Below, piece by piece: positions 28,330 to 37,045 of a stretch of DNA of 64,000 nucleotides. The DNA is taken from assembly GCA_035762565.1 (NCBI GenBank), contig DASTOJ010000206.1:3913-67912 (forward strand), in the 5' to 3' direction. The DNA is from Candidatus Methylomirabilota bacterium (GTDB lineage Bacteria > Methylomirabilota > Methylomirabilia > Rokubacteriales > CSP1-6). The notes beneath the pieces are model-generated. The model was not told where the DNA came from. It saw nothing but the letters and a program-made list of their open reading frames with translations, and did no database searches. A program made the translations under genes and the position numbers. The number at the start of each line of letters is the position of its first letter. Position 1 is the stretch's first letter.

Positions 28330-28839
28330 ATGAGCACGGCGATGGTGCGCGACCTGTACGTCTATCACCGCTGGGCCAACCGCGCGCTGTTCGACGTGGC
28401 CGCCGCGCTGGGCGAGGAGGCGTGCGGACGGGAGGCCGGCACGCACTTCAGCGTGCCCACGCTCGCCCGGATGTTCGCGCACGTCTACGGCGCCGACGCG
28501 GTCTGGCTCAACCGCTGGAAAAGCGCGCCGCCCTCGGTCCCGCCGTATCCCGCGCTGGCCTCCATGGCCGAGGTGCGCGCGCGGTGGGACCCGGTCGAGG
28601 CCGAGCAGCGGGCGTTCGTGGACGGGCTGAAGGACGCCGATCTGGAGCGCGTGGTCGAGTACAAGAACACCCAGGGCCGGGCGTTCCGGGCGCCGCTCGG
28701 CGTCCTGCTCCAGCACGTCGCCAACCACGCGACGCACCATCGCAGCGAGATCGCCACGATGCTCACGCTGGTCAGTGGCTCGCCGCCCGACACGGGCATC
28801 AGCACCTGGGAGCTCATCCGGACCGGCCAGCAGCGCTGA
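28330..28839 (+). CDS. DinB-family (four-helix bundle, metal-binding) protein
   Basis: YHRWANRALF near the N-terminus and HVANHATHHRSEI near the C-terminus, typical of the DinB/DUF664 superfamily. Confidence 0.7.
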   Translation: MSTAMVRDLYVYHRWANRALFDVAAALGEEACGREAGTHFSVPTLARMFAHVYGADAVWLNRWKSAPPSVPPYPALASMAEVRARWDPVEAEQRAFVDGLKDADLERVVEYKNTQGRAFRAPLGVLLQHVANHATHHRSEIATMLTLVSGSPPDTGISTWELIRTGQQR

Positions 28840-28841
28840 CG

Positions 28842-30395
28842 ATGGACATGAAGGCGCACGCCGAGGACCTCGCCCGGCGGCGCGCCCGCGCGCGCGGGAT
28901 GGGCGGGGCCGAGGCGGTCGCCCGCCAGCACGCGGCGGGCAAGCTCACGGCCCGCGAGCGGATCGCGCGGCTGTTCGACGAGGACACCTTTACCGAGATC
29001 GGCGTCCACGCCACCCACGCCGGCATCGCGCCCGACCTCGCCGGGCGCGAGACGCCCGCCGACGGCGTGGTGACCGGCTTTGGCAAGGTCGACGGCCGAC
29101 TGGCCGCGGTGATCGCCTACGACTTCACGGTGATGGCCGGCTCGATGGGCCGCACCGCCGAGACCAAGTGCAACCGCGCCCGCGAGCTCGCCTACACCAA
29201 GCGCATCCCGATGATCTGGCTGATCGACTCCGCCGGCGCCCGCATCCAGGAGGCGATCGGCTCGCGCTGGTTCGCGGGCGCCGGCCAGCTCTTCCGGGAG
29301 GAGTCGATCTGGTCCGGCGTGGTGCCGCAGGTGGCGGCGATGATGGGCCCCGGCGCCGCCGGCACCGCCTACATCCCCGCGCTCGCCGACTTCGTGCCGA
29401 TGGTGAAGGGGACCAGCCACATGGCCCTGGGCGGCCCCCCGCTGGTGAAGGCGGTGGTGGGCGAGGACGTCACGGCCGAGGAGCTGGGCGGCTCGAAGGT
29501 CCACTGCGAGATCTCCGGCGTCGGCGACCTGGAAGTCGAGGACGACGACGCGTGCATCGCGGTCATCAAGGAGTACCTGTCCTACTTTCCCTCCCACAAC
29601 CAGGCGTCGCCGCCGGTCATCGCCTGCGACGATCCGGTGGACCGCCGCGACGACGCGCTGCTGAGCCTCCTGCCCGACAGCCCCCGGCGGGCCTACGACG
29701 TCGGGAAGGTGATCCGCGCCGTCGTGGACCACGGCCGGATGCTCGAGCTCAAGCCGGGCTGGGCCCGGAACATCGTCACCGCGCTGGCCCGCCTCGACGG
29801 CCACCCGGTCGGCGTCGTGGCCAACCAGCCGATGGTCCTGGGCGGCGCCCTGGATCTCGACGCCGCCGACAAGGCCGCCCGCTTCATCATGCTCTGCGAC
29901 GCCTTCGGCCTCCCGCTCGTCTTCCTCCAGGACGTCCCCGGCTTCATGGTGGGCAGCAAGGTCGAGCGCGCCGGCATCATCCGCCACGGGGCCAAGATGC
30001 TCTACGCGGTCAGCGAGGCCACGGTGCCCAAGCTGACCGTCGTCATGCGCAAGGCCTACGGGGCGGGGTACTTCGTCATGTGCGGGCGGGCGTACGAGCC
30101 CGATCTGATCGTGGCGTGGCCGACGGCGGAGATCAGCGTGATGGGTCCGGAAGGGGGGACGAACATCGTCTATCGCAAGGAGATCGCCGCCGCCGACGAT
30201 CCAGACGCCGAGCGCGCCCGCCGCGTCGAAGACTTCCGCGCGCTGATCTCGCCGTACATCGCGGCCGGTGCGGCGCTGGTCGACGACGTCATCGACCCCC
30301 GGGATACCCGCCCCACCCTCGTCCGCGCCCTCGAGATGGCCAGGACCAAGCGCGTGGACCGGCCGTGGCGCAAGCACGGCGTCATGCCGGTGTAG
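28842..30395 (+). CDS. Acyl-CoA carboxylase carboxyltransferase subunit (PccB/AccD5-like)
   Basis: GKLTARERIARLFD, DFTVMAGSMG, GGARIQE-like SAGARIQEA, and GPGAAGTAYIPAL. 517 aa, with both N- and C-carboxyltransferase halves. Confidence 0.9.
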   Translation: MDMKAHAEDLARRRARARGMGGAEAVARQHAAGKLTARERIARLFDEDTFTEIGVHATHAGIAPDLAGRETPADGVVTGFGKVDGRLAAVIAYDFTVMAGSMGRTAETKCNRARELAYTKRIPMIWLIDSAGARIQEAIGSRWFAGAGQLFREESIWSGVVPQVAAMMGPGAAGTAYIPALADFVPMVKGTSHMALGGPPLVKAVVGEDVTAEELGGSKVHCEISGVGDLEVEDDDACIAVIKEYLSYFPSHNQASPPVIACDDPVDRRDDALLSLLPDSPRRAYDVGKVIRAVVDHGRMLELKPGWARNIVTALARLDGHPVGVVANQPMVLGGALDLDAADKAARFIMLCDAFGLPLVFLQDVPGFMVGSKVERAGIIRHGAKMLYAVSEATVPKLTVVMRKAYGAGYFVMCGRAYEPDLIVAWPTAEISVMGPEGGTNIVYRKEIAAADDPDAERARRVEDFRALISPYIAAGAALVDDVIDPRDTRPTLVRALEMARTKRVDRPWRKHGVMPV

Positions 30396-30415
30396 GCGAC
30401 GAGCGACCCCACGAC

Positions 30416-31654
30416 GTGAGCGTTTCCTCCGCCGGCGACGGCGTCGGCTGGCTGGCGGTCCCGGGCGTGTTGCGCGAGCCCGACTATCGCCGGCTGTGGG
30501 CCTCCGGCCTCTTCGTCAATGTCGCCCGCTGGATGGACCTGGTGACGCTGGGGTGGCTGGCGCTGGAGCTGACGGGCTCGCCGTTCATGGTCGGAGTGGC
30601 CGCCTTCGCCCGCTCGGCACCCCTGATGGTCGTCGGCCCCTTCGCCGGAATCGTCGCCGACCGGATGCCGCGCGGCGGCGTCCTGGTCGTCGCGCAGGCG
30701 ACCGGGGTCGCGACGGCGCTCGCGCTGGCGGCGCTGTTCGGCACCGGCCGCGGCGGCTACCGGACACTGGTCGCGCTCGAGGTCGTGTTCGGACTGGTGT
30801 GGGCGCTCGACTTCCCGGCTCGGAGGACCTCGCTGTACGCCCTGCTCGGGGCCTCGCGCGTGGCCCAGGCCGTGTCGCTGGAGACCGTGTCGATGCAGAT
30901 CGCCAAGATCCTCGGGCCGCTCGCCGCTGGATTCTGCCTGGCCCGCCTGGGCCCGGAGGCGAGCTTCGCGCTGATGGCGGCGACCTACGCGGGTGGCCTC
31001 GCGGCGTCGAGCGGCCTCCACCGGCGGCTCGGCGGCCCCGCCGGCACGACGGCGCCGACGGTGGCCGCGAGCATGCGGGCGGGGCTCCGGGCGGCCTGGG
31101 CGAGTCCGACCGTGCGCGCGGTCCTGCTCGTCACGGTCGCGATGAACACGCTGTTCTTCCCCTACCAGCACATGCTGCCGGTCTTCGCCCGCGACGTGCT
31201 GGCGGTGGGACCGGTGGCGCTCGGGGGTCTCGTCGCCGCCGACGGCTTCGGCGCTCTGGTCGGCGCGCTGGTGATCGCCTCGCGCCGCGGCCAGCTTCCC
31301 CACCGCGCGATCTTTGGTGGGGCGGTGCTCCTGGCGCCGGTGCTGCTGGTGGGGCTGGCCGGACTGCGCTGGTTTCCCGCGTGCGTCGTGCTGCTGGTCC
31401 TGATCGGGGCGGCCGAGTCCGGGTTCGCGGCGATGCAGAGCACCCTCGTGCTGCTCGCGGCGCCCGACCGGGTGCGCGGCGGGGCGATGGGCATCCTCTC
31501 GGCGTGTATCGGCACCCAGCCGCTCGGTACGCTGGCCATCGGCGTCCTGGCCGCCGGCGCCGGCGCGCCGGCGGCCTTCGCCGTGAACGCCGCCACCGCG
31601 CTGCTCGTCATCGTGCCGCTGGCGTGGCCGCTGGTGCGCGGGCGCCCGGACTGA
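30416..31654 (+). CDS. MFS transporter (EntS/MFS_3-like)
   Basis: About 12 predicted hydrophobic helices. REPDYRRLWASGLFVNVARWM and GPFAGIVADRMPRG are typical of this MFS subfamily. GTG start. Confidence 0.8.
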   Translation: MSVSSAGDGVGWLAVPGVLREPDYRRLWASGLFVNVARWMDLVTLGWLALELTGSPFMVGVAAFARSAPLMVVGPFAGIVADRMPRGGVLVVAQATGVATALALAALFGTGRGGYRTLVALEVVFGLVWALDFPARRTSLYALLGASRVAQAVSLETVSMQIAKILGPLAAGFCLARLGPEASFALMAATYAGGLAASSGLHRRLGGPAGTTAPTVAASMRAGLRAAWASPTVRAVLLVTVAMNTLFFPYQHMLPVFARDVLAVGPVALGGLVAADGFGALVGALVIASRRGQLPHRAIFGGAVLLAPVLLVGLAGLRWFPACVVLLVLIGAAESGFAAMQSTLVLLAAPDRVRGGAMGILSACIGTQPLGTLAIGVLAAGAGAPAAFAVNAATALLVIVPLAWPLVRGRPD

Positions 31655-31885
31655 CGCCGCCGGCACTCCGATCCTTGCCGATCGTCAGGCACTCTTCTAT
31701 GCTCGGGGCCGGAGTTGCTGGTCCCGTGACGTGAACGGGAGGACCGCACGGCGAAGTCGCAGGCCGGGCCCGCGAAGAGGGTGCAAAGGGCGGCCCGATG
31801 CCCCTGAAGGGCGCGAGGTCAGCAGCCCATCCGCCGAGGCCGGATCCCGGAGCCCGCCGGCGCGAGCGGCCCGGAGTAACCGAGG

Positions 31886-32860
31886 ATGCCCAGCTGGCGA
31901 GCGCGCGGCCTGACGCTGGCGATCCGGATGCTCATGCGTCGCGCCGACTGGGGCGATCCGCCGACGCTGGTGCGACGGGCTCGTCGCCTCTTCGGGGCCC
32001 CGAATCCGCTCCAGTGGCTTCGCACGCGCGGAGTTCGAATCCGGCCCGTCAGCAAGGGAACTGTGCGCGGAGAGTGGGTTGCCGCCGACCAATCGGACCC
32101 AGATCTCGGCGTCGTCCTCTATCTGCACGGCGGGGGGTACGTCGCCGGCTCGCCCGCGACCCATCGCCCGATCACCGCTGCGCTCGCGCGGCTGGCACGA
32201 CGGCGCGTGTTCAGCCTGGACTACCGGCTCGCTCCCGAGCACCGGTTTCCCGCCGCGCTGGACGACGCTGCGGCCGCCTACCGCTGGCTGCTGGAGCAGG
32301 GGACTCCCGCGTCCTCGCTGGTGCTCGCCGGCGACTCCGCCGGCGGCGGCCTCGTGCTCGCCACCCTCCTGAAAGTCCGGGAAGAGGGATGGCCGGCCCC
32401 GGCCTGCGCTGCCTGCTTCTCGCCGTGGACCGACCTGGCCGCCACCGGCGAGTCCGCGCGTGAGAACGACGGCCGCTGCGCGATGCTCCGGCCGGACAGC
32501 ATCAGCGCCTTCGCCCGCCTCTATCTCGGTGACACCCCGCCGCAGCACCCGTACGCCTCCCCGGTCTACGCCGACCTCGGTGGCCTACCGCCACTGCTCC
32601 TGCAAGTCGGATCCGACGAGCTTCTGCTCGACGACACCCGCCGCATTCACGCCAAGATCCAGGCCGCCGGCGGCCCCAGCACCCTCCAGATCTTCGACGG
32701 CGTCTTCCACGGCTGGCACGTACTCGCCCCTCTCCTCCCCGAATCCCGCCAAGCCCTCCACCAAGCCGCCCACTTCCTCAACACCCCCCACGCCCCACCC
32801 ACAAGGCCAGGTCGACCGATGCCATCGGCCCAAGCGCCACCCCGTGCAGGGACAAAGTGA
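31886..32860 (+). CDS. Alpha/beta hydrolase (hormone-sensitive-lipase-like esterase)
   Basis: Oxyanion HGGGY and nucleophile elbow GDSAGG motifs, with a C-terminal DGVFHGW His region. Confidence 0.85.
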   Translation: MPSWRARGLTLAIRMLMRRADWGDPPTLVRRARRLFGAPNPLQWLRTRGVRIRPVSKGTVRGEWVAADQSDPDLGVVLYLHGGGYVAGSPATHRPITAALARLARRRVFSLDYRLAPEHRFPAALDDAAAAYRWLLEQGTPASSLVLAGDSAGGGLVLATLLKVREEGWPAPACAACFSPWTDLAATGESARENDGRCAMLRPDSISAFARLYLGDTPPQHPYASPVYADLGGLPPLLLQVGSDELLLDDTRRIHAKIQAAGGPSTLQIFDGVFHGWHVLAPLLPESRQALHQAAHFLNTPHAPPTRPGRPMPSAQAPPRAGTK

Positions 32861-32884
32861 GCGTTTCACGAGACCTCGCGGGCA

Positions 32885-33036
32885 GGCCCGTGGCGGGCGG
32901 CCCCCCGGGTGGGGTCGCTCGACCCGTTTCCCGCAAGGCAGATTTCACCCCGAGCGTTGATGGGGAACCGAGCGCTGTGACGAAGTCCGGCCCCGTGGTC
33001 GAGCGACCCCACCCGGGGGGCCGCCCGCCACGGGCC
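32885..33036. repeat. 152-bp palindromic element: perfect 40-bp inverted repeats flanking a 72-nt centre
   Basis: 32885-32924 (GGCCCGTGGCGGGCGGCCCCCCGGGTGGGGTCGCTCGACC) is the exact reverse complement of 32997-33036, checked base by base. Lies between the convergent hydrolase and rpoD genes. Confidence 0.8.
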
Positions 33037-33043
33037 GGCTCGG

Positions 33044-34540
33044 CTAATTCTCGATGAAGGCGCGGAGATTGCGCCCGCGGAGGGGATGGCGCAGCTTGCG
33101 GAGCGCCTTGGCCTCGATCTGCCGGATACGCTCACGCGTGACGGCGAAGCGCTTGCCCACCTCTTCCAGCGTATGCTCGCCCTCTTCGCCGATGCCGAAG
33201 CGCAGGCGCAGGATCTCCTTCTCCTTGGGCGAGAGCGTCGCCAGGGCCCGCTCGACCTGGCTGGTGAGGTCCTGGCTCATCAGCGAGTCGTTGGGCGAGC
33301 CGGCGCTCTTGTCCTCGAGGAAGTCCCCCAGCTCGGAGTCCTCGCCGATCGGGGTCTCCAGCGACAGCGGCTTGCGCGACGATTCCAGGATCAACCGCAC
33401 CTTCTTCGCCGGCACACCGGTCCGCTGGGCCAGCTCCTCGGGCGTGGGCTCGCGGCCCATCTCGTTGATCATGTTCCGGTTCACCCGGGAGATGCGGTTG
33501 AGCGTCTCCACCATGTGCACCGGGATCCGGATCGTTCGCGAATGGTCGGCAATCGCCCGGGTGATCGCCTGCCGGATCCACCAGGTGGCGTAGGTCGAGA
33601 ACTTGAACCCGCGCCGGTACTGGAACCGATCCACGGCCTTCATGAGGCCGATGTTGCCCTCCTGGACGAGGTCGAGCAGCGAGAGGTCGCTGCCCAGGTA
33701 GCGCTTGGCCACCGAGACGACCAGACGCAGATTGGCCTCCATCAGCTCCCGCTTGGCCTGGCGCACGGTGCGGTCGCTCTCGTCGATCTGCTGGATCAGC
33801 TGGATCAGCTGCCGCCTCGGGAGCCCGGCCTCCGCCTCCAGCCGCCTCAGCTCGCGGGTGCCCGCCGTGGTCCGGGACCGGCGCACCTCGTCGGCCATCT
33901 CATGCAGTCGCTTGCAGTGACGGCGCACCCGGCCCGCCATGTCGTCGATCAGGGCCGGCTTGAGCGGCATCTCGGCGACCGTCTTCTGGATCGCCTCGCG
34001 CTGGGTCGCGATCAACCGCAGTACGTTGGCTCGCGAGGCGGCGGAGCGCCGCCGGTCGTCGAGCGACGCCTCCAGCCGCTGGATCTTGTGCTCGAAACGC
34101 CGGATCCGGCTGAAGGCGAGCAGGACGGGCCGGATCTCCTTGGCCTCCAGCTCGCCGCCCTCCGGCAGGACGATGACGTCGTCGGCGGCGATGTCGCCGC
34201 GACGGAGCCGGTCGCCCACGTCGAGCAGCACGCTCACGGCCATCGGAATGCCGGCAAGTCCCCGGCGCAGCGCGATCTGGCCGACTTCGATCCTCCGCCC
34301 GATCTGCACTTCCTGCTGGGCAGTTAGGAGGGGGACCTTGCCGATCTCCTTCAGATACAGACGGACGGGGTCCTCGCCCTTGGCCGGGAGCGGGGTGAGG
34401 ACTTCCTCAGAGACAGGCGGCAACTCCTCCTCGGCGTCCTCGGCGAGGACCGGCGCTCCGTGCTCCTCCTCGGTCGCCAGCACCGCCGGGACTGTCTCGG
34501 TCGCGTCGATCGTCGTATTCGCGGTCTCTCGGAATGTCAT
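33044..34540 (-). CDS. rpoD: RNA polymerase primary sigma factor
   Basis: Regions 1.2 to 4.2 are present ([11 protein letters not shown]; [12 protein letters not shown]; [18 protein letters not shown]; [30 protein letters not shown]). Confidence 0.95.
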   Translation of the reverse strand: MTFRETANTTIDATETVPAVLATEEEHGAPVLAEDAEEELPPVSEEVLTPLPAKGEDPVRLYLKEIGKVPLLTAQQEVQIGRRIEVGQIALRRGLAGIPMAVSVLLDVGDRLRRGDIAADDVIVLPEGGELEAKEIRPVLLAFSRIRRFEHKIQRLEASLDDRRRSAASRANVLRLIATQREAIQKTVAEMPLKPALIDDMAGRVRRHCKRLHEMADEVRRSRTTAGTRELRRLEAEAGLPRRQLIQLIQQIDESDRTVRQAKRELMEANLRLVVSVAKRYLGSDLSLLDLVQEGNIGLMKAVDRFQYRRGFKFSTYATWWIRQAITRAIADHSRTIRIPVHMVETLNRISRVNRNMINEMGREPTPEELAQRTGVPAKKVRLILESSRKPLSLETPIGEDSELGDFLEDKSAGSPNDSLMSQDLTSQVERALATLSPKEKEILRLRFGIGEEGEHTLEEVGKRFAVTRERIRQIEAKALRKLRHPLRGRNLRAFIEN

Positions 34541-34895
34541 CGTGTCACCGGGCCGATCTTTTTGCCCTTTTGATGAGTCGGAACCACCGATCGTTTCTGT
34601 CGAGTGGGTTCAAAAAACAAGCCAACGCTTCCGCGTCCTCCCTAACCGGTTGTAAGGTCTACGGCGCCCTCGAGAGGGCGGCCCGCCGGCCCTGGTGGGA
34701 TGGGAATTCCGGTTCACCTATTCACCCTTGGGTTCTCCTGTTATGATGGCCGCGCCCGGGAGGTCAATTGGAGGCCGAGGCCAGAGCAGTCGGGTTTGTC
34801 GTGCCGGATCAGGCTCGGCCCCTTGTAACAACCGTCACCCCACCGGCGTTCCCCGCAGACGTAGAACGAAGAAGGATGAAGGCAGGAGTGCGTTA

Positions 34896-36335
34896 GTGTC
34901 GGCCGTCACGCCCAGCGCCTCCTACAGCGTGACGGTGCGCCTGTCGATCACCAACCGGCCCGGCATGCTGGGCCGTGTCGCCATGGCGATCGGCGACGCC
35001 GGCGGGGACATCGGTGCCGTCGACCTCGTGGAGTCGACGCGCGAGCGCATCGTGCGGGACATCACGATCAACTCCCGGGACAGCGACCACGGCCAGCAGA
35101 TCGTCAACCGGCTCAAGCGCCTGACCGGCGTGCGGGTCGTCAACACCTCCGATCGCACGTTCCTCATGCACCTCGGCGGCAAGATCGAGGTCAGGAACAA
35201 GGTGCCGATCCGGACCCGCGACGACCTGTCGATGGCGTACACGCCGGGGGTGGCGCGGGTATGCATGGCCATCCGGGAGGACCGCCAGAGGGCCTTCGCC
35301 CTGACGATCAAGCAGAACACGGTCGCCGTGGTGACCGATGGCACCGCGGTGCTCGGCCTGGGCGACATCGGGCCGGAGGCCGCCCTGCCGGTGATGGAAG
35401 GCAAGGCGATGCTGTTCAAGGAGTTCGCCGGCGTCGACGCCTTTCCGATCTGCCTGGCCACCAGGGATCCCGCCAAGATCGTCGAGACCGTCAAGTACCT
35501 GGCGCCGGGCTTCGGAGGGATCAATCTCGAAGACATCGCCGCCCCGCGCTGCTTCGAGATCGAGGAGCGGCTGCGCAAGGACCTCGACATCCCGGTCTTC
35601 CACGACGACCAGCACGGCACGGCGGTGGTGGTGCTGGCGGCGCTGGTGAACGCGCTGCGCATCGTGAAGAAGCCGCTGCGCTCGCTCCGGGTGGTGGTGA
35701 CCGGGGTGGGGGCGGCGGGGACGGCGACCATCAAGATCCTCCAGTCGAGCGGCGTGCGCGACATCGTGGGGGTCGACGAGCACGGCGCGCTGCACCGCGG
35801 GCGGGCCAAGGGCATGGACTTCATGAAGCGCTGGGTGGCGGCCAGTACCAACCCGCGGCAGGTCAGGGGTGGGCTCGCCGAGGCCATCCACCGCGCCGAC
35901 GTGTTCATCGGCCTGTCGGTGCCGGGTATCCTCTCGGTGCGCGACGTGAGGACAATGGCGCGAGATCCCATCGTGTTCGCCATGGCCAATCCGGTGCCCG
36001 AGATCCAGCCCGAGGAGGCGGAAAAGCACGTGCGGGTCATCGCCACCGGCCGCTCGGATTATCCGAACCAGATCAATAACGTCCTGTGCTTCCCCGGCTT
36101 CTTTCGTGGCCTGCTGGACAGCCGGGCCCGCACCGTGAACGACGAGATGAAAGTCGCGGCCGCGCGGGCGCTGGCCGGCTGCGTGGCCCGCAGCGAGCTC
36201 AGCGCGGAGTACATCATCCCCAGCGTCTTCAACAAGACGGTCGCCCCGGCGGTGGCCGAGGGCGTGGCCCGGGCGGCCTGGGAGACCGGCGCCGCCCGCC
36301 GCCGCCGCCGCTTCGACGTCTCCGTGCTCCAGTGA
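34896..36335 (+). CDS. NAD(P)-dependent malic enzyme with N-terminal ACT domain
   Basis: The ACT-like segment (VTVRLSITNRPGMLGRVAMAIGDAGGDI) is followed by malic-enzyme motifs (SMAYTPGVA, VVTDGTAVLGLGDIG, FGGINLEDI, FHDDQHGTA, GVGAAG). GTG start after AGGCAGGAG; the upstream in-frame extension was rejected. Confidence 0.85.
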   Translation: MSAVTPSASYSVTVRLSITNRPGMLGRVAMAIGDAGGDIGAVDLVESTRERIVRDITINSRDSDHGQQIVNRLKRLTGVRVVNTSDRTFLMHLGGKIEVRNKVPIRTRDDLSMAYTPGVARVCMAIREDRQRAFALTIKQNTVAVVTDGTAVLGLGDIGPEAALPVMEGKAMLFKEFAGVDAFPICLATRDPAKIVETVKYLAPGFGGINLEDIAAPRCFEIEERLRKDLDIPVFHDDQHGTAVVVLAALVNALRIVKKPLRSLRVVVTGVGAAGTATIKILQSSGVRDIVGVDEHGALHRGRAKGMDFMKRWVAASTNPRQVRGGLAEAIHRADVFIGLSVPGILSVRDVRTMARDPIVFAMANPVPEIQPEEAEKHVRVIATGRSDYPNQINNVLCFPGFFRGLLDSRARTVNDEMKVAAARALAGCVARSELSAEYIIPSVFNKTVAPAVAEGVARAAWETGAARRRRRFDVSVLQ

Positions 36336-37045
36336 TCCGCTACTCGATCGTCATCCCGGCGTTCAACGAGGCCCATCGCCTGCCGCCCTACCTCGAAGAG
36401 GTCGCCGAGTTCTTCGACGGCCGGGGTGAGCCCTACGAGGTGCTCGTGGTGGACGACGGCTCCACCGACGGCACGGTGGCGGCGGTCCGGGCGCTGGCGG
36501 AGCGGCATCCCGCCGTGCGGCTGCTCCTGCTGGGGCGCAACCGTGGCAAGGGGGCGGCCGTGCGGGCCGGGATGCTCGCCGCCTCCGGCGCTCTCCGGCT
36601 CTTCACCGACGCCGACGGGGCCACTCCGATCACCGAGCTGAAGCGGCTGGAGGCGGCCCTGGCCGCCGGCGCCGACGTCGTGATCGGCTCGCGTGTGCTC
36701 GTCGATCCAGCGGTGTCGGTGCGCGCGCGGCCCCATCGGGTGGCGGCCGGCCGGGTCTTCAACTGGCTGGTGGCGCGCCTGGGGCTGCGCGGCGTGGCCG
36801 ATTCGCAGTGCGGCTTCAAGCTGTTCACGGGCAGCGCCGCCCGGGCGCTGTGCGGCGCGCTCCGGACCGAGGGCTTCGCATTCGACGTGGAGCTGCTGCT
36901 GCGGGCGCAGGCGGCCGGCTGCCGCATCGCCGAAGTCGCGGTGAACTGGGCCGATCAGGAGGGCAGCAAGGTCGGAGTGCTCCGAAGCGGGCCCGGGATG
37001 CTCGTGCAGATCGTCCGGGCGCGGTGGCGGGTGCGGGGCCGGTGA
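36332..37045 (+). CDS. Family 2 glycosyltransferase (polyprenyl-phosphate glycosyltransferase-like)
   Basis: GTGA overlap with the upstream stop. [19 protein letters not shown] and TDADG motifs, similar to DPM1 / ArnC / GtrB-type enzymes. Confidence 0.8.
   Translation: MIRYSIVIPAFNEAHRLPPYLEEVAEFFDGRGEPYEVLVVDDGSTDGTVAAVRALAERHPAVRLLLLGRNRGKGAAVRAGMLAASGALRLFTDADGATPITELKRLEAALAAGADVVIGSRVLVDPAVSVRARPHRVAAGRVFNWLVARLGLRGVADSQCGFKLFTGSAARALCGALRTEGFAFDVELLLRAQAAGCRIAEVAVNWADQEGSKVGVLRSGPGMLVQIVRARWRVRGR

Noticed and set aside
28775-31654. 959-aa ORF suggesting a fused carboxyltransferase-MFS protein, and similar N-terminal extensions (20062-22317, 20628-23306, 50180-52858, 49812-51500, 26607-28319)
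   Set aside because: The upstream parts are out-of-frame overlaps of the preceding genes, with Arg/Pro/Gly-rich translations. Family-typical N-termini and RBS or overlap-type starts were found internally and used instead.
32020-32060. GAGTTCGAATCCGG, resembling a tRNA T-arm/T-loop
   Set aside because: The flanking bases do not form a T-stem (CGGAG versus CCGGC) and no acceptor or anticodon arms can be drawn. It lies inside the well-supported hydrolase CDS (LRTRGVRIRPVS).
34695-34895. In-frame upstream extension of the malic-enzyme ORF, with ATG codons at 34743/34746
   Set aside because: 21 of the 51 codons between 34743 and 34895 end in A or T, unlike real genes here. The peptide is low complexity. 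A GTG at 34896 with an AGGCAGGAG RBS begins exactly at the ACT domain.
34541-34895. 355-nt lower-GC divergent region between rpoD and the malic-enzyme operon, as a possible ncRNA or riboswitch
   Set aside because: It contains a TATGAT box (34742-34747) but no convincing -35 at 16-18 nt spacing, and only one 7-bp long-range stem (GGCCGAG...CTCGGCC). Nothing matches a known RNA family consensus that I can recall. It is most simply a divergent promoter region.
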